Position numbers and translations under genes: made by a program. The notes beneath the pieces are model-generated. The model was not told the origin of the DNA. It saw only the letters and a program-made list of their open reading frames with translations, and searched no databases. This document shows, one piece after another, positions 21,475 through 31,862 of a stretch of DNA of 64,000 bases. Within the stretch, counting starts at the first letter, position 1, and each line of letters opens with the position of its first letter. This DNA comes from Alphaproteobacteria bacterium (lineage in GTDB: Bacteria > Pseudomonadota > Alphaproteobacteria > G965222575), in contig OZ244958.1 in assembly GCA_965222575.1 (NCBI GenBank), positions 448,001 to 512,000 on the forward strand, in the 5' to 3' direction.

Positions 21475-24003
21475 GGCAGGTTGCACTTGAGAGGGGTAGG
21501 GCAGACTGAGCTTGAGAGGGATAGGGGTAGCGCCTTGCGGGGGACACCAGAGAAAGAGGAAAAAAACCTTCCCACAGAGAGTTAGGGTAGGTTGCACTTG
21601 AGAGGGGTAGGGCAGGAGCTTGAGAGGGTAGGGCAACCTGCGGGGGACACCAGAGAAAGAGGAAAAAAAACCCTTCCCACAGAGAGTTAAGGTAGGTTGC
21701 ACTTGAGAGGGGTAGGGCAGACTGAGCTTGAGAGGGATAGGGGTAGCGCCTTGCGGGGGACACCAGAGAAAGAGGAAAAAAACCTTCCCACAGAAAGTTA
21801 GGGTAGGTTGCACTTGAGAGGGGTAGGGCAGGCTGAGTTTGAGGGGGAGCATCTTGCGGGGGACACCAGAGAAAAAGGAAAAAACCCTTCCCACAGAGAG
21901 TTAAGGTAGGTTGCACTTGAGAGGGGTAGGGCAGGCTGAGCTTGGGAGGGTAGGGCAACCTTGCGGGGGACACCGGAAAGGGAAAAAACCTTTCCCACAG
22001 AAGAGTTAGGGTAGGTTGCACTTGAGAGAGGGGTGTCCTGCGGGGGACACCAGAGAAAGAGGAAAAACCCTTCCCACAGAGAGTTAAGGTAGGTTGCACT
22101 TAGGGTAGGGCACTTGAGAGGGGTGCTTCACTTGAGAGGGTAGGGCAACCCTGCGGGGGACACCAGAGAAAGAGGAAAAAATCCTTCCCACAGAGAGTTA
22201 GGGTAGGTTGCACTTGAGAGGGTTAGGGCAGGCTGAGTTTGAGAGGGTAGGGCAACCCTGCGGGGGACATCAGAGAAAGAGGAAAAAAAACCCTCCCACA
22301 GAGAGTTAAGGTAGGTTGCACTTGAGAGGGGTAGGGCAGACTGAGCTTGAGAGGGATAGGGGTAGCGCCTTGCGGGGGACACAGAGAAAGAGGAAAAAAA
22401 ACCTTCCCACAGAGAGTTAGGGCAGGTTGCACTTGAGAGAGGTAGGGGGAGCATCTTGCGGGGGACACCAGAAAGAGGAAAAAAACCCTCCCACAGAGAG
22501 TTAGGGTAGGCTTCACTTGAGAGAGTTAGGGGTAGCACCTTGCGGGGGACACCAGAAAGAGGAAAAAATCCTTCCCACAGAGAGTTAAGGTAGGTTGCAC
22601 TTGAGAGGGGTACCTTGCGGGGGACACCAGAGAAAGAGGCTCCCACAGAGAGTTTGCAGAGGGGTAGGGCAACCTGCGGGGGACACCAGAGAAAGAGGAA
22701 AAAACCCTTCCCACAGAGAGTTAAGGTAGGTTGCACTTGAGAGGGTTAGGGGTAGCGCCTTGCGGGGGACACCAGAGAAAGAGGGAAAAAACCCTCCCAC
22801 AGAGAGTTAAGGTAGGTTGCACTTGAGAGGGTTAGGGCAGGCTGAGCTTGAGAGGGTAGGGCAACCTTGCGGGGGACACCAGAGAAAGAGGAAAAAAAAC
22901 CCTTCCCACAGAGAGTTAAGGTAGGTTGCACTTGAGAGGGGTAGGGCAGGTTGCACTTGAGAGGGGTAAGGGGAGGGTAGGGCAACCTTGCGGGGGACAC
23001 CAGAGAAAGAGGAAAAAAAACCCTTCCCACAGAGAGTTAAGGTAGGTTGCACTTGAGAGGGGTAGGGCAGGCTGAGCTTGGGAGGGTAGGGCAACCTTGC
23101 GGGGGACACCAGAGAAAGAGGAAAAAAAACCCTTCCCACAGAGAGTTAAGGTAGGTTGCACTTGAGAGGGTAGGGCAACCTTGCGGGGGACACCAGAGAA
23201 AAAGGAAAAAACCCTTCCCACAGAGAGTTAAGGTAGGTTGCACTTGAGAGGGGTAAGGCAGACTGAGCTTGAGAGGGATAGGGGTAGCGCCTTGCGGGGG
23301 ACACCAGAGAAAGAGGAAAAAAACCTCCCCACAGAGAGTTAGAGTAGGTTGCACTTGAGAGGGGTAAGGCAGGCTTCACTTGAGAGGGTAGGGCAACCCT
23401 GCGGGGGACACATCAGAGAAAGAGGGAAAAACCCTTCCCACAGAGAGTTAGGGCAACCCTGCGGGGGACACCAGAGAAAAAGGAAAAAACCCTTCCCACA
23501 GAGAGTTAGGGCAGGTTGCACTTGAGAGAGTTAGGGGTGCCCTCTACGGGGGACACCAGAGAAAAAGGGAAAAACCCTTCCCACAGAGAGTTAGGGTAGG
23601 TTGCACTTGAGAGAGGTAGGGGGAGCATCTTGCGGGGGACACCAGAGAAAGAGGAAAAAACCTTTCCCACAGAAGAATTAGGGTAGGTTGAACTTGAGAG
23701 GGGTAGGGCAGGCTGAGCTTGAGAGGGTAGGGCAACCTTGCGGGGGACACCAGAGAAAGAGGAAAAAAACCCTCCCACAGAGAGTTAGGGCAGGTTGCAC
23801 TTGAGAGAGGTAGGGGGAGCATCTTGCGGGGGACACCAGAAAAAGAGGAAAAAACCCTTCCCACAGAAAGTTAGGGTAGGTTGAACTTGAGAGAGTTAAA
23901 AACAGAAGAATTAGGGTAGGTTGCACTTGAGAGGGGTAAGGCAGGCTTCACTTGAGAGGGTAGGGCAACCCTGCGGGGGACACCAGAGAAAGAGGAAAAA
24001 ACC
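21431..24003 (+). repeat. Hierarchical tandem repeat array, 27 core copies (last truncated), unit length 59-147 bp
   Basis: Core TGCGGGGGACACCAGAGAAAGAGG(A)nCCCTTCCCACAGAGAGTTA recurs (GGACAC at 21431, 21542, 21645, 21758 ... 23831, 23978), separated by 0-3 modules of about 24 bp such as TAGGGTAGGTTGCACTTGAGAGGGG. Confidence 0.98.
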
Positions 24004-24516
24004 TTACTTTCCCTTAGATACCACAACCCGCGCCGCTCTAATCAGATAATCCCCACAACAATACCCTTGCTGTAACACCTCCAAAATAGTCCCTTGGGGA
24101 ACTACCTCTGATTCTTTATAGGATATCGCTTCATGAAAATAGGCATCAAAAACCTCTCCCTCAGGATTAATAGCGACTATATCCTGAGAAGACAAAAACT
24201 CCATAAACTGTTTATAAATCAACAAAAGACCTTCCTTAAGGGCTTTATCCTGCGTCTTCACAGAAGATAAAGCCCGGTCAAAATTATCTAAAATATCGCA
24301 AAGAGGGCGAACAATTTGCGCTATAGTTAGTAACCGTTGTTGCTCTCTTTCTCTCCGCTCACGCGCCCGGATGTTTTGCTGCTCCGCAAGCGCCCTTAAT
24401 AAATCATCCCTAAGCGTCCTAAGCTCCCCCTCCAACACTTTAACCTTAGAAACTCCCGAACGCTTCTTTTTTCCCTTCAAAGAAACAGGTACTTCAGAGG
24501 ACACTCTCTCAGACAT
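24004..24516 (-). CDS. grpE: Nucleotide exchange factor GrpE
   Basis: LRALAEQQNIRAR, LDNFDRAL, FDAYFHEAI, QQGY..IRAARVVV. Confidence 0.95.
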   Translation of the reverse strand: MSERVSSEVPVSLKGKKKRSGVSKVKVLEGELRTLRDDLLRALAEQQNIRARERREREQQRLLTIAQIVRPLCDILDNFDRALSSVKTQDKALKEGLLLIYKQFMEFLSSQDIVAINPEGEVFDAYFHEAISYKESEVVPQGTILEVLQQGYCCGDYLIRAARVVVSKGK

Positions 24517-24593
24517 AAAATCACTCTTAACAAAACTATGATAAAAACGCTAACATATGCTACTATAACATAATATATAAGCATCACCACCCC

Positions 24594-25232
24594 ATGATAC
24601 AAGATGCTACCTTGCTCCTAGGGTCCACCAATAAGGGAAAAATCCGCGAATTCCAGCAACTGCTACAGGGAAAAACCCTCCTCACCGTGCCACAAAACCT
24701 CCTAACACCAAAGGAAACCGCCAACTCCTTCGAAAAAAATGCCCTCCTCAAAGCTAAAGCCTACGCCACACAAACACAAACTATCACCTTAGCTGACGAC
24801 TCAGGCTTCTGCGTCAAAGCCCTAGGACATAAACCAGGACTCCTCTCCGCTCAATGGATCCAACAGGCCGGCTCCTCTGAAAAAGCTTGCGAAAAAATCC
24901 ACCAAGACCTCAATTCCCTCAAACACACTACAACACACGCCTACTTCAAAACCGCTCTCGTCCTCTTCTACCCCAACACACAACAAGCCTTTACCTTCAC
25001 AGGAAGTGTACACGGACACATCATATGGCCCCCAAAAGGAAGAAACGGATTCGGTTACGACCCTATCTTCACCCCTCACAAACAAAACAAAACCTTCGCT
25101 CAAATGACACAACAACAAAAAAATACCCTAAGCCACAGAGCCGCCGCCGTGGCTAAACTCATCCAATTCCTATCCCTCTACCCCCTCAACACTATCCCTC
25201 CTAAATCCACTCCCTCACAGATACAATTTTAA
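24594..25232 (+). CDS. rdgB: Non-canonical purine NTP pyrophosphatase (RdgB/HAM1)
   Basis: STNKGKIRE, ADDSG, GFGYDPIF, SHR. Confidence 0.95.
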   Translation: MIQDATLLLGSTNKGKIREFQQLLQGKTLLTVPQNLLTPKETANSFEKNALLKAKAYATQTQTITLADDSGFCVKALGHKPGLLSAQWIQQAGSSEKACEKIHQDLNSLKHTTTHAYFKTALVLFYPNTQQAFTFTGSVHGHIIWPPKGRNGFGYDPIFTPHKQNKTFAQMTQQQKNTLSHRAAAVAKLIQFLSLYPLNTIPPKSTPSQIQF

Positions 25233-25369
25233 AAAAAAATACACAAAATAAGACTTCTCATGACAAAGACCCTCCACAAAAAGACCGACTTTCTCCATTT
25301 TCTCCTTGATAACAATTGCCATTTCACGCTATAAAATTACCCTAGTAACTTCAAAATCCTCAGGACTAC

Positions 25370-25885
25370 ATGACATACCTCTATCCTTCCTCCTTCGCAA
25401 AAAAAGACCTCCTCACCGTAACCATAGGCAAACTCTTCAAACATAACATACACGCACGCCTGCCAAAACCCCCCTTGCTCATGGTAGATAGAATCCTCCA
25501 TATTAGCAAAAAAGGCGGAAAATTCAATAAAGGAGAGGTCATCGCCGAACTCGATATTAAACCAGATATGTGGTTCTTCGATTGCCATTTCGACCGCGAC
25601 CCCGTTATGCCAGGATGCCTCGGATTAGACGCTCTATGGCAACTCATTGGCTTCTTCTTAAGCTGGACAGGCCTCAACGGAAAAGGACGCGCCTTAGGCG
25701 TCGGTAGAGTCAAATTCTCAGGACAAATCTTGCCAGAAAAAACTTGCATCACTTACCACCTGCACTTCCGACGCTTCATGCTCTCTAAAAAAATCTCCCT
25801 CGGCATCGCTTACGGTACCGTCTCCCATAAAGGAGAAATCGTCTACGAGGCAGAAGACCTAAGAACAGGACTCATTCCAGCTTAA
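25370..25885 (+). CDS. fabA: 3-hydroxydecanoyl-ACP dehydratase/isomerase FabA
   Basis: WFFDCHF..DPVMPGCLGLDALWQL, GKGRALGVG. Confidence 0.96.
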   Translation: MTYLYPSSFAKKDLLTVTIGKLFKHNIHARLPKPPLLMVDRILHISKKGGKFNKGEVIAELDIKPDMWFFDCHFDRDPVMPGCLGLDALWQLIGFFLSWTGLNGKGRALGVGRVKFSGQILPEKTCITYHLHFRRFMLSKKISLGIAYGTVSHKGEIVYEAEDLRTGLIPA

Positions 25886-25937
25886 AACCTCCCCCTCACC
25901 AAAAAGGACAGAAAACCCCCATGCCAACTACCAAAAC

Positions 25938-27163
25938 ATGACAAAAAATCACAATAGACGCGTCGTCATCACAGGAATCGGTATCGTCTCCTGTATCGGA
26001 AATAATACCACAGAAGTCACTCACTCCCTCAAAAACGGCCTCGGCGGTATCACCTCCTGTGAAGCACAAAAACAATTCGGCCTCAAAAGCCAAGTCTCAG
26101 GACGTACCTCCATAGACACCAAAAGCAAAATCGAAAAAAAAATCCGCCGCTTCATGTCCCCATCAAGCTGCTATGCCTTCATCGCCACAGAAGAAGCCCT
26201 GAAAACCGCTAACCTCAATAAAGAAGATATCGCACAATCCCCAAAAATAGGCCTCATCGTCAGTACAGGCGGTAGCTCCGTGGATACAGAAATCCACGCC
26301 GTGAATATCGGAAAAACCAAAGGCGTAAAATTCGTCAGCCCCTTCACCGTCCCAAAATGTATGTCCTCTACCGCCTCCGCTAACCTCGCTACAGCTTTCC
26401 AAATCACAGGCATCTCCTACTCCATCACCGCCGCTTGCTCCACCTCCGCTCACTGCATCGGACACAGCGCAGACCTCATCATCTCAGGAAAACAAGACCT
26501 CGTCATCGCAGGCGGCGCAGAAGAACATAGCGTCTTCTCCTCCATGATGTTCGATGCCATGGGCGCTCTCACCTCACAATATAATCACACCCCTAATACC
26601 GCCTCCCGTACCTATGATAAAGACAGAGACGGATTCGCCATCGCAGAAGGCGCAGGTATCCTCATCCTAGAAGAAAGAGAAAGAGCTCTACGCAGAAACG
26701 CACCACTCTACGCCGAACTCATCGGATACGGCGCAAACTCAGACGGCGATAGCATGGTACGACCCTCCGGTAACGGCGCCGCCCTCTGCATGAAAGCCTC
26801 CCTACAACAAATCACCGAAAACGATATCTCCTATATCAATACACACGGAACCTCAACTCCCGCAGGCGATATCATAGAACTCATGGCTATCAAAAATGTC
26901 TTCAATCATCATATCCCTCCCATCAGCTCTACAAAATCCCTCACCGGACACAGCCTCGGCGCAGCAGGCGCTCACGAAGCCATCTACAGCATCCTCATGC
27001 TACACCACAGCTTCATCGCCCCTTCCATCAATATCCAAAATATGGACGAAAACGCTAAAAACTTCCCCATCATCACTCAACCAACAAACCAACCCCTCAA
27101 CGCTGTCCTGACTAACTCCTTCGGCTTCGGCGGCACAAATGCTTGCTTGGTCTTCAAAAAACC

Positions 27164-27167
<4 letters not shown>
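25938..27167 (+). CDS. fabB: Beta-ketoacyl-ACP synthase I FabB
   Basis: AACSTSAHCIG, HGTSTP, KSLTGHSLGA, NSFGFGG; follows fabA. Confidence 0.95.
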
Positions 27168-28815
<1,648 letters not shown>

Positions 28816-28867
28816 CTAGCTCTCAGTCCACCATACCACTATTATTCTGTCAATAAAGGGAAATACT

Positions 28868-29131
28868 TCACCTCTCCTGTAAGCCAACTACTGATACAAA
28901 TAACCGCTCTTTCTTTGCTTTATAAAACAGCACGCGTCCCGGCTTAAGTGCAAACAAAGTATGGTCCCTCCCCATGCCCACACCCTCCCCCGCATAGGCC
29001 TTTGTCCCACGCTGACGTACCAAAATCTGACCGCTTTTCACCACTTGACTACCAAAAGCTTTCACCCCTAGTCGTCGTCCCGCCGAATCACGACCATTAC
29101 GTGACGAACCCCCTGCTTTCTTAGTTGCCAT
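28868..29131 (-). CDS. rpmA: 50S ribosomal protein L27
   Basis: [29 protein letters not shown]. Confidence 0.98.
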   Translation of the reverse strand: MATKKAGGSSRNGRDSAGRRLGVKAFGSQVVKSGQILVRQRGTKAYAGEGVGMGRDHTLFALKPGRVLFYKAKKERLFVSVVGLQER

Positions 29132-29447
29132 CCTGCTCTCCTTCCTTCTCTAAGGGCACTGCCTGAATGCTTTTAATCAATACCAATGTATGAACCGACC
29201 GAAAACCCCTCTTGCGCCGAGAATTCTGACGCCGACGCTTCTTAAAAATACAAACCTTAGGCCCCTTCACCTCTTCCTTCAAAACTTCCCCCTCTACCTT
29301 CCCAGTACGAACTCTTCCCCCCTCAATCAACAAAGCTTCAAAGGGAATCCGCTCCCCAGCCTTCACGCCATGTACCCTATCTAAAGCCAATACCGTGCCT
29401 TCCTCCACCTTGTACTGCTTGCCCCCTCCCTCAATCACCGCATACAT
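29121..29447 (-). CDS. rplU: 50S ribosomal protein L21
   Basis: [30 protein letters not shown]; ATG 29447. Confidence 0.96.
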   Translation of the reverse strand: MYAVIEGGGKQYKVEEGTVLALDRVHGVKAGERIPFEALLIEGGRVRTGKVEGEVLKEEVKGPKVCIFKKRRRQNSRRKRGFRSVHTLVLIKSIQAVPLEKEGEQDGN

Positions 29448-29565
29448 GCCTAACCCTCTTCTGCACAATTATTACCTCATACATTTTCCCCAACAACACA
29501 CTCCCTTGTCAAGCAAACTCTCACAAACCCCAACAAAAAACCCAATAACCCTTACGCCCTCTCCC

Positions 29566-29595
29566 TTGACAAAAACCTAACCTCTTGACTATCAT
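29566..29595 (+). promoter_or_regulatory. Putative sigma70 promoter for dnaN-recF
   Basis: TTGACA-18 nt-TATCAT. Confidence 0.45.
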
Positions 29596-29631
29596 GCTCA
29601 TAACCCAACAAAAAAAAATACCCCCTACAAA

Positions 29632-30756
29632 ATGAAACTCTCCATCGAAAGAGAAAAATTCCTCCCCCTTCTCTCCCACGCAAAATCCCTCGTCGAAAAA
29701 CGATACACAGATACTCCACTTAGCTTCATCCTCCTCAAAACCCTACACGCACAACTCCAAGTCCTCTCCACAGATAGAGAAATCTCCTTAGAACAAACAA
29801 CCCCAGCCAAAATCAACGAACAAGGCTTCATCACCGCAAACGCCCACCAACTCTATAGTATCGTAGAAAAACTACCAGAAGGTAGCCAACTCACCTTGCG
29901 TACCTCTGATAATGGAAATGGCCTCCACCTCTCTTGGGGACGTAGCTTCTTTATCCTCCCTTCCCTACAAGACCCCTTCCCCTCTATCCCTCAAAAAGTC
30001 CCAGATTACCAACTGGAATTCCTAAGCTCCGACCTCCTCAAACTCCTAGAGAATGTCCAATTCTCCGTCCCACGCGAAGATGTCAGATACTACTTAAACG
30101 GCATCTACATCCACAAAGAAAACCCCCAACTCCTCTCCGCTATCTCAACCGATGGACACCGACTCGCTAAAATGTCCCTAGAACTCCATAACCTACCAGA
30201 CTCCCTGCACGGCTCCATCATCCCCAATAAAGCCTGCTTGGAAATTATCTCCCTCTTCAAAAATACCGATGATAAAGAAAAAATCTCACTCTATCTCGAC
30301 CAAAGACGACTACAAATCCGCGCCAACACCTTCTTGCTCACCACAAAACTCATCGACGGAAAATTCCCAGACTACCAAAAAGTCATCCCTCAACAAAACC
30401 ACGCCATCGCTACCATCAACGTCAGTACCTTCAAAAACGCCGTCGACAGAATGATAGTCCTCCTCAACCAACCCACCACCTCAAGAGCTATCACCATTAG
30501 CCTCGAAAATAATACCCTAACCCTAGAAGCCGACTCCCAAGACGGCGCGCGTGGAAAAGAAGAACTCCCCATCGATTACACCGCTCAACCCTTCTCCGCC
30601 TCCTTCAAACCAGACTATATCCTCCAATACTTAAGACAAATTAACTCCTCCGATGTCCAACTCGCCGTCTCCACTGAAAAACCCTCAACCCCCATCATTA
30701 TGCGTCCCCCTAACGCAGAACACGCCCTCTATATCGTAGCGCCTATGCAATCCTAA
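29632..30756 (+). CDS. dnaN: DNA polymerase III beta clamp
   Basis: RYYLNGI, STDGHRLA, KLIDGKFPDY, C-terminal APM. Confidence 0.97.
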   Translation: MKLSIEREKFLPLLSHAKSLVEKRYTDTPLSFILLKTLHAQLQVLSTDREISLEQTTPAKINEQGFITANAHQLYSIVEKLPEGSQLTLRTSDNGNGLHLSWGRSFFILPSLQDPFPSIPQKVPDYQLEFLSSDLLKLLENVQFSVPREDVRYYLNGIYIHKENPQLLSAISTDGHRLAKMSLELHNLPDSLHGSIIPNKACLEIISLFKNTDDKEKISLYLDQRRLQIRANTFLLTTKLIDGKFPDYQKVIPQQNHAIATINVSTFKNAVDRMIVLLNQPTTSRAITISLENNTLTLEADSQDGARGKEELPIDYTAQPFSASFKPDYILQYLRQINSSDVQLAVSTEKPSTPIIMRPPNAEHALYIVAPMQS

Positions 30757-30758
30757 AT

Positions 30759-31862
30759 ATGCAAACCCCTCCCGCCGCTGCTCTCCTCTCTCTTACCCTC
30801 AACGCCTTCAGAAACTTCCATAACCTCCACCTCTCCCTCTCCTCAAAACCCATCCTCCTAACAGGGCCCAACGGAAGCGGCAAAACTAACATCCTAGAAG
30901 CCATATCAGCCCTATCCATCGGTAGTACCTTACGCGGCGAACCCCTCGCCAATATGACACAGTGGGGACAACCTCAATGGCAAATCAAAGCAGATGGAAA
31001 AGCTAGAGAAAACTTCAACCTAACCGCGACTTTCCAAAAAAAAAGACGCCTATTCCAAATCAATGGTCTAAACGCAAAACCCCAGGCTATCGCTCACTTC
31101 ATCCCTCTCATCTGGATCACACATACCATGGAAAACCTCTTCTCAGGTCCCATAGCGCACAGACGGCGATTCTTCGATAGAGCTACCTTCTCCCTCTTCC
31201 CCTCCTACGCCCACCATATCATCTCATACCAAAAAGCCCTCAAACAACGACTCACTCTCCTAACACAACAACAACACTATGACCCCCTATGGCTGGACGC
31301 TCTAGAAAATACCATGGCCTCTCATGGCTCCGCAATCGCTCAAACACGACTGCACATGATACAACAACTCAATGCCTCCCTTAACCAAAATTCCCACCAA
31401 CACTCAACACTCAACGCATACGGATTCCTAGAATCCATCCTACAACTCAAAACACAACAAACCTGTACCGACCTCTTCAAACAAAAACTCAAATCCTACC
31501 GCACAAAAGACCAACTCTCTAAAAAAACACTCGTCGGACCTCACAGAACCGATTACCAAGCCTATCACCACCCCCTCAAAAGAAATGCTGCAAATTGCTC
31601 CACCGGACAGCAGAAAACAATACTCCTAGATATCGTCCTCGCCATGGCTCAAGCCATAGGACGCAAACGAAACCTCCTGCCCATCATCCTCATGGACGAA
31701 ATAAACGCTCACCTAGACCAACAAACACTCCAAAACCTCTGTCAACGCATCAAACACAATAATCAACAAATCTGGATCACCACCACTAACGCTCAACCCT
31801 TCAACTCCCTCAAAGATACCGCTCAACACCTCCACCTCACCCCAACCCCCGAAGACGCTTAA
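30759..31862 (+). CDS. recF: DNA replication and repair protein RecF
   Basis: FRNF, GPNGSGKTNILEAI, RRRFFD, GPHRTD, STGQQK, MDEINAHLD. Confidence 0.96.
   Translation: MQTPPAAALLSLTLNAFRNFHNLHLSLSSKPILLTGPNGSGKTNILEAISALSIGSTLRGEPLANMTQWGQPQWQIKADGKARENFNLTATFQKKRRLFQINGLNAKPQAIAHFIPLIWITHTMENLFSGPIAHRRRFFDRATFSLFPSYAHHIISYQKALKQRLTLLTQQQHYDPLWLDALENTMASHGSAIAQTRLHMIQQLNASLNQNSHQHSTLNAYGFLESILQLKTQQTCTDLFKQKLKSYRTKDQLSKKTLVGPHRTDYQAYHHPLKRNAANCSTGQQKTILLDIVLAMAQAIGRKRNLLPIILMDEINAHLDQQTLQNLCQRIKHNNQQIWITTTNAQPFNSLKDTAQHLHLTPTPEDA

Noticed and set aside
21470-23920. Telomeric TTAGGG repeats or eukaryotic contamination
   Set aside because: TTAGGG occurs singly within units, never as tandem runs, and the array is contiguous with bacterial CDSs at both ends
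21239-23926. Minus-strand ORFs in the array as a repetitive protein
   Set aside because: Present in all three frames, broken by variable poly-A tracts, and unit lengths are not multiples of three
21431-24003. CRISPR array
   Set aside because: Inter-core segments are reused modules rather than unique spacers, the core is about 60 bp with indels, and no cas genes are in the window
21431-24003. RNase P RNA similarity (GAGGAAA, CCACAGA words)
   Set aside because: No P4 signature (GAGGAAAGTCC ... CGGCTTA); only short word coincidences
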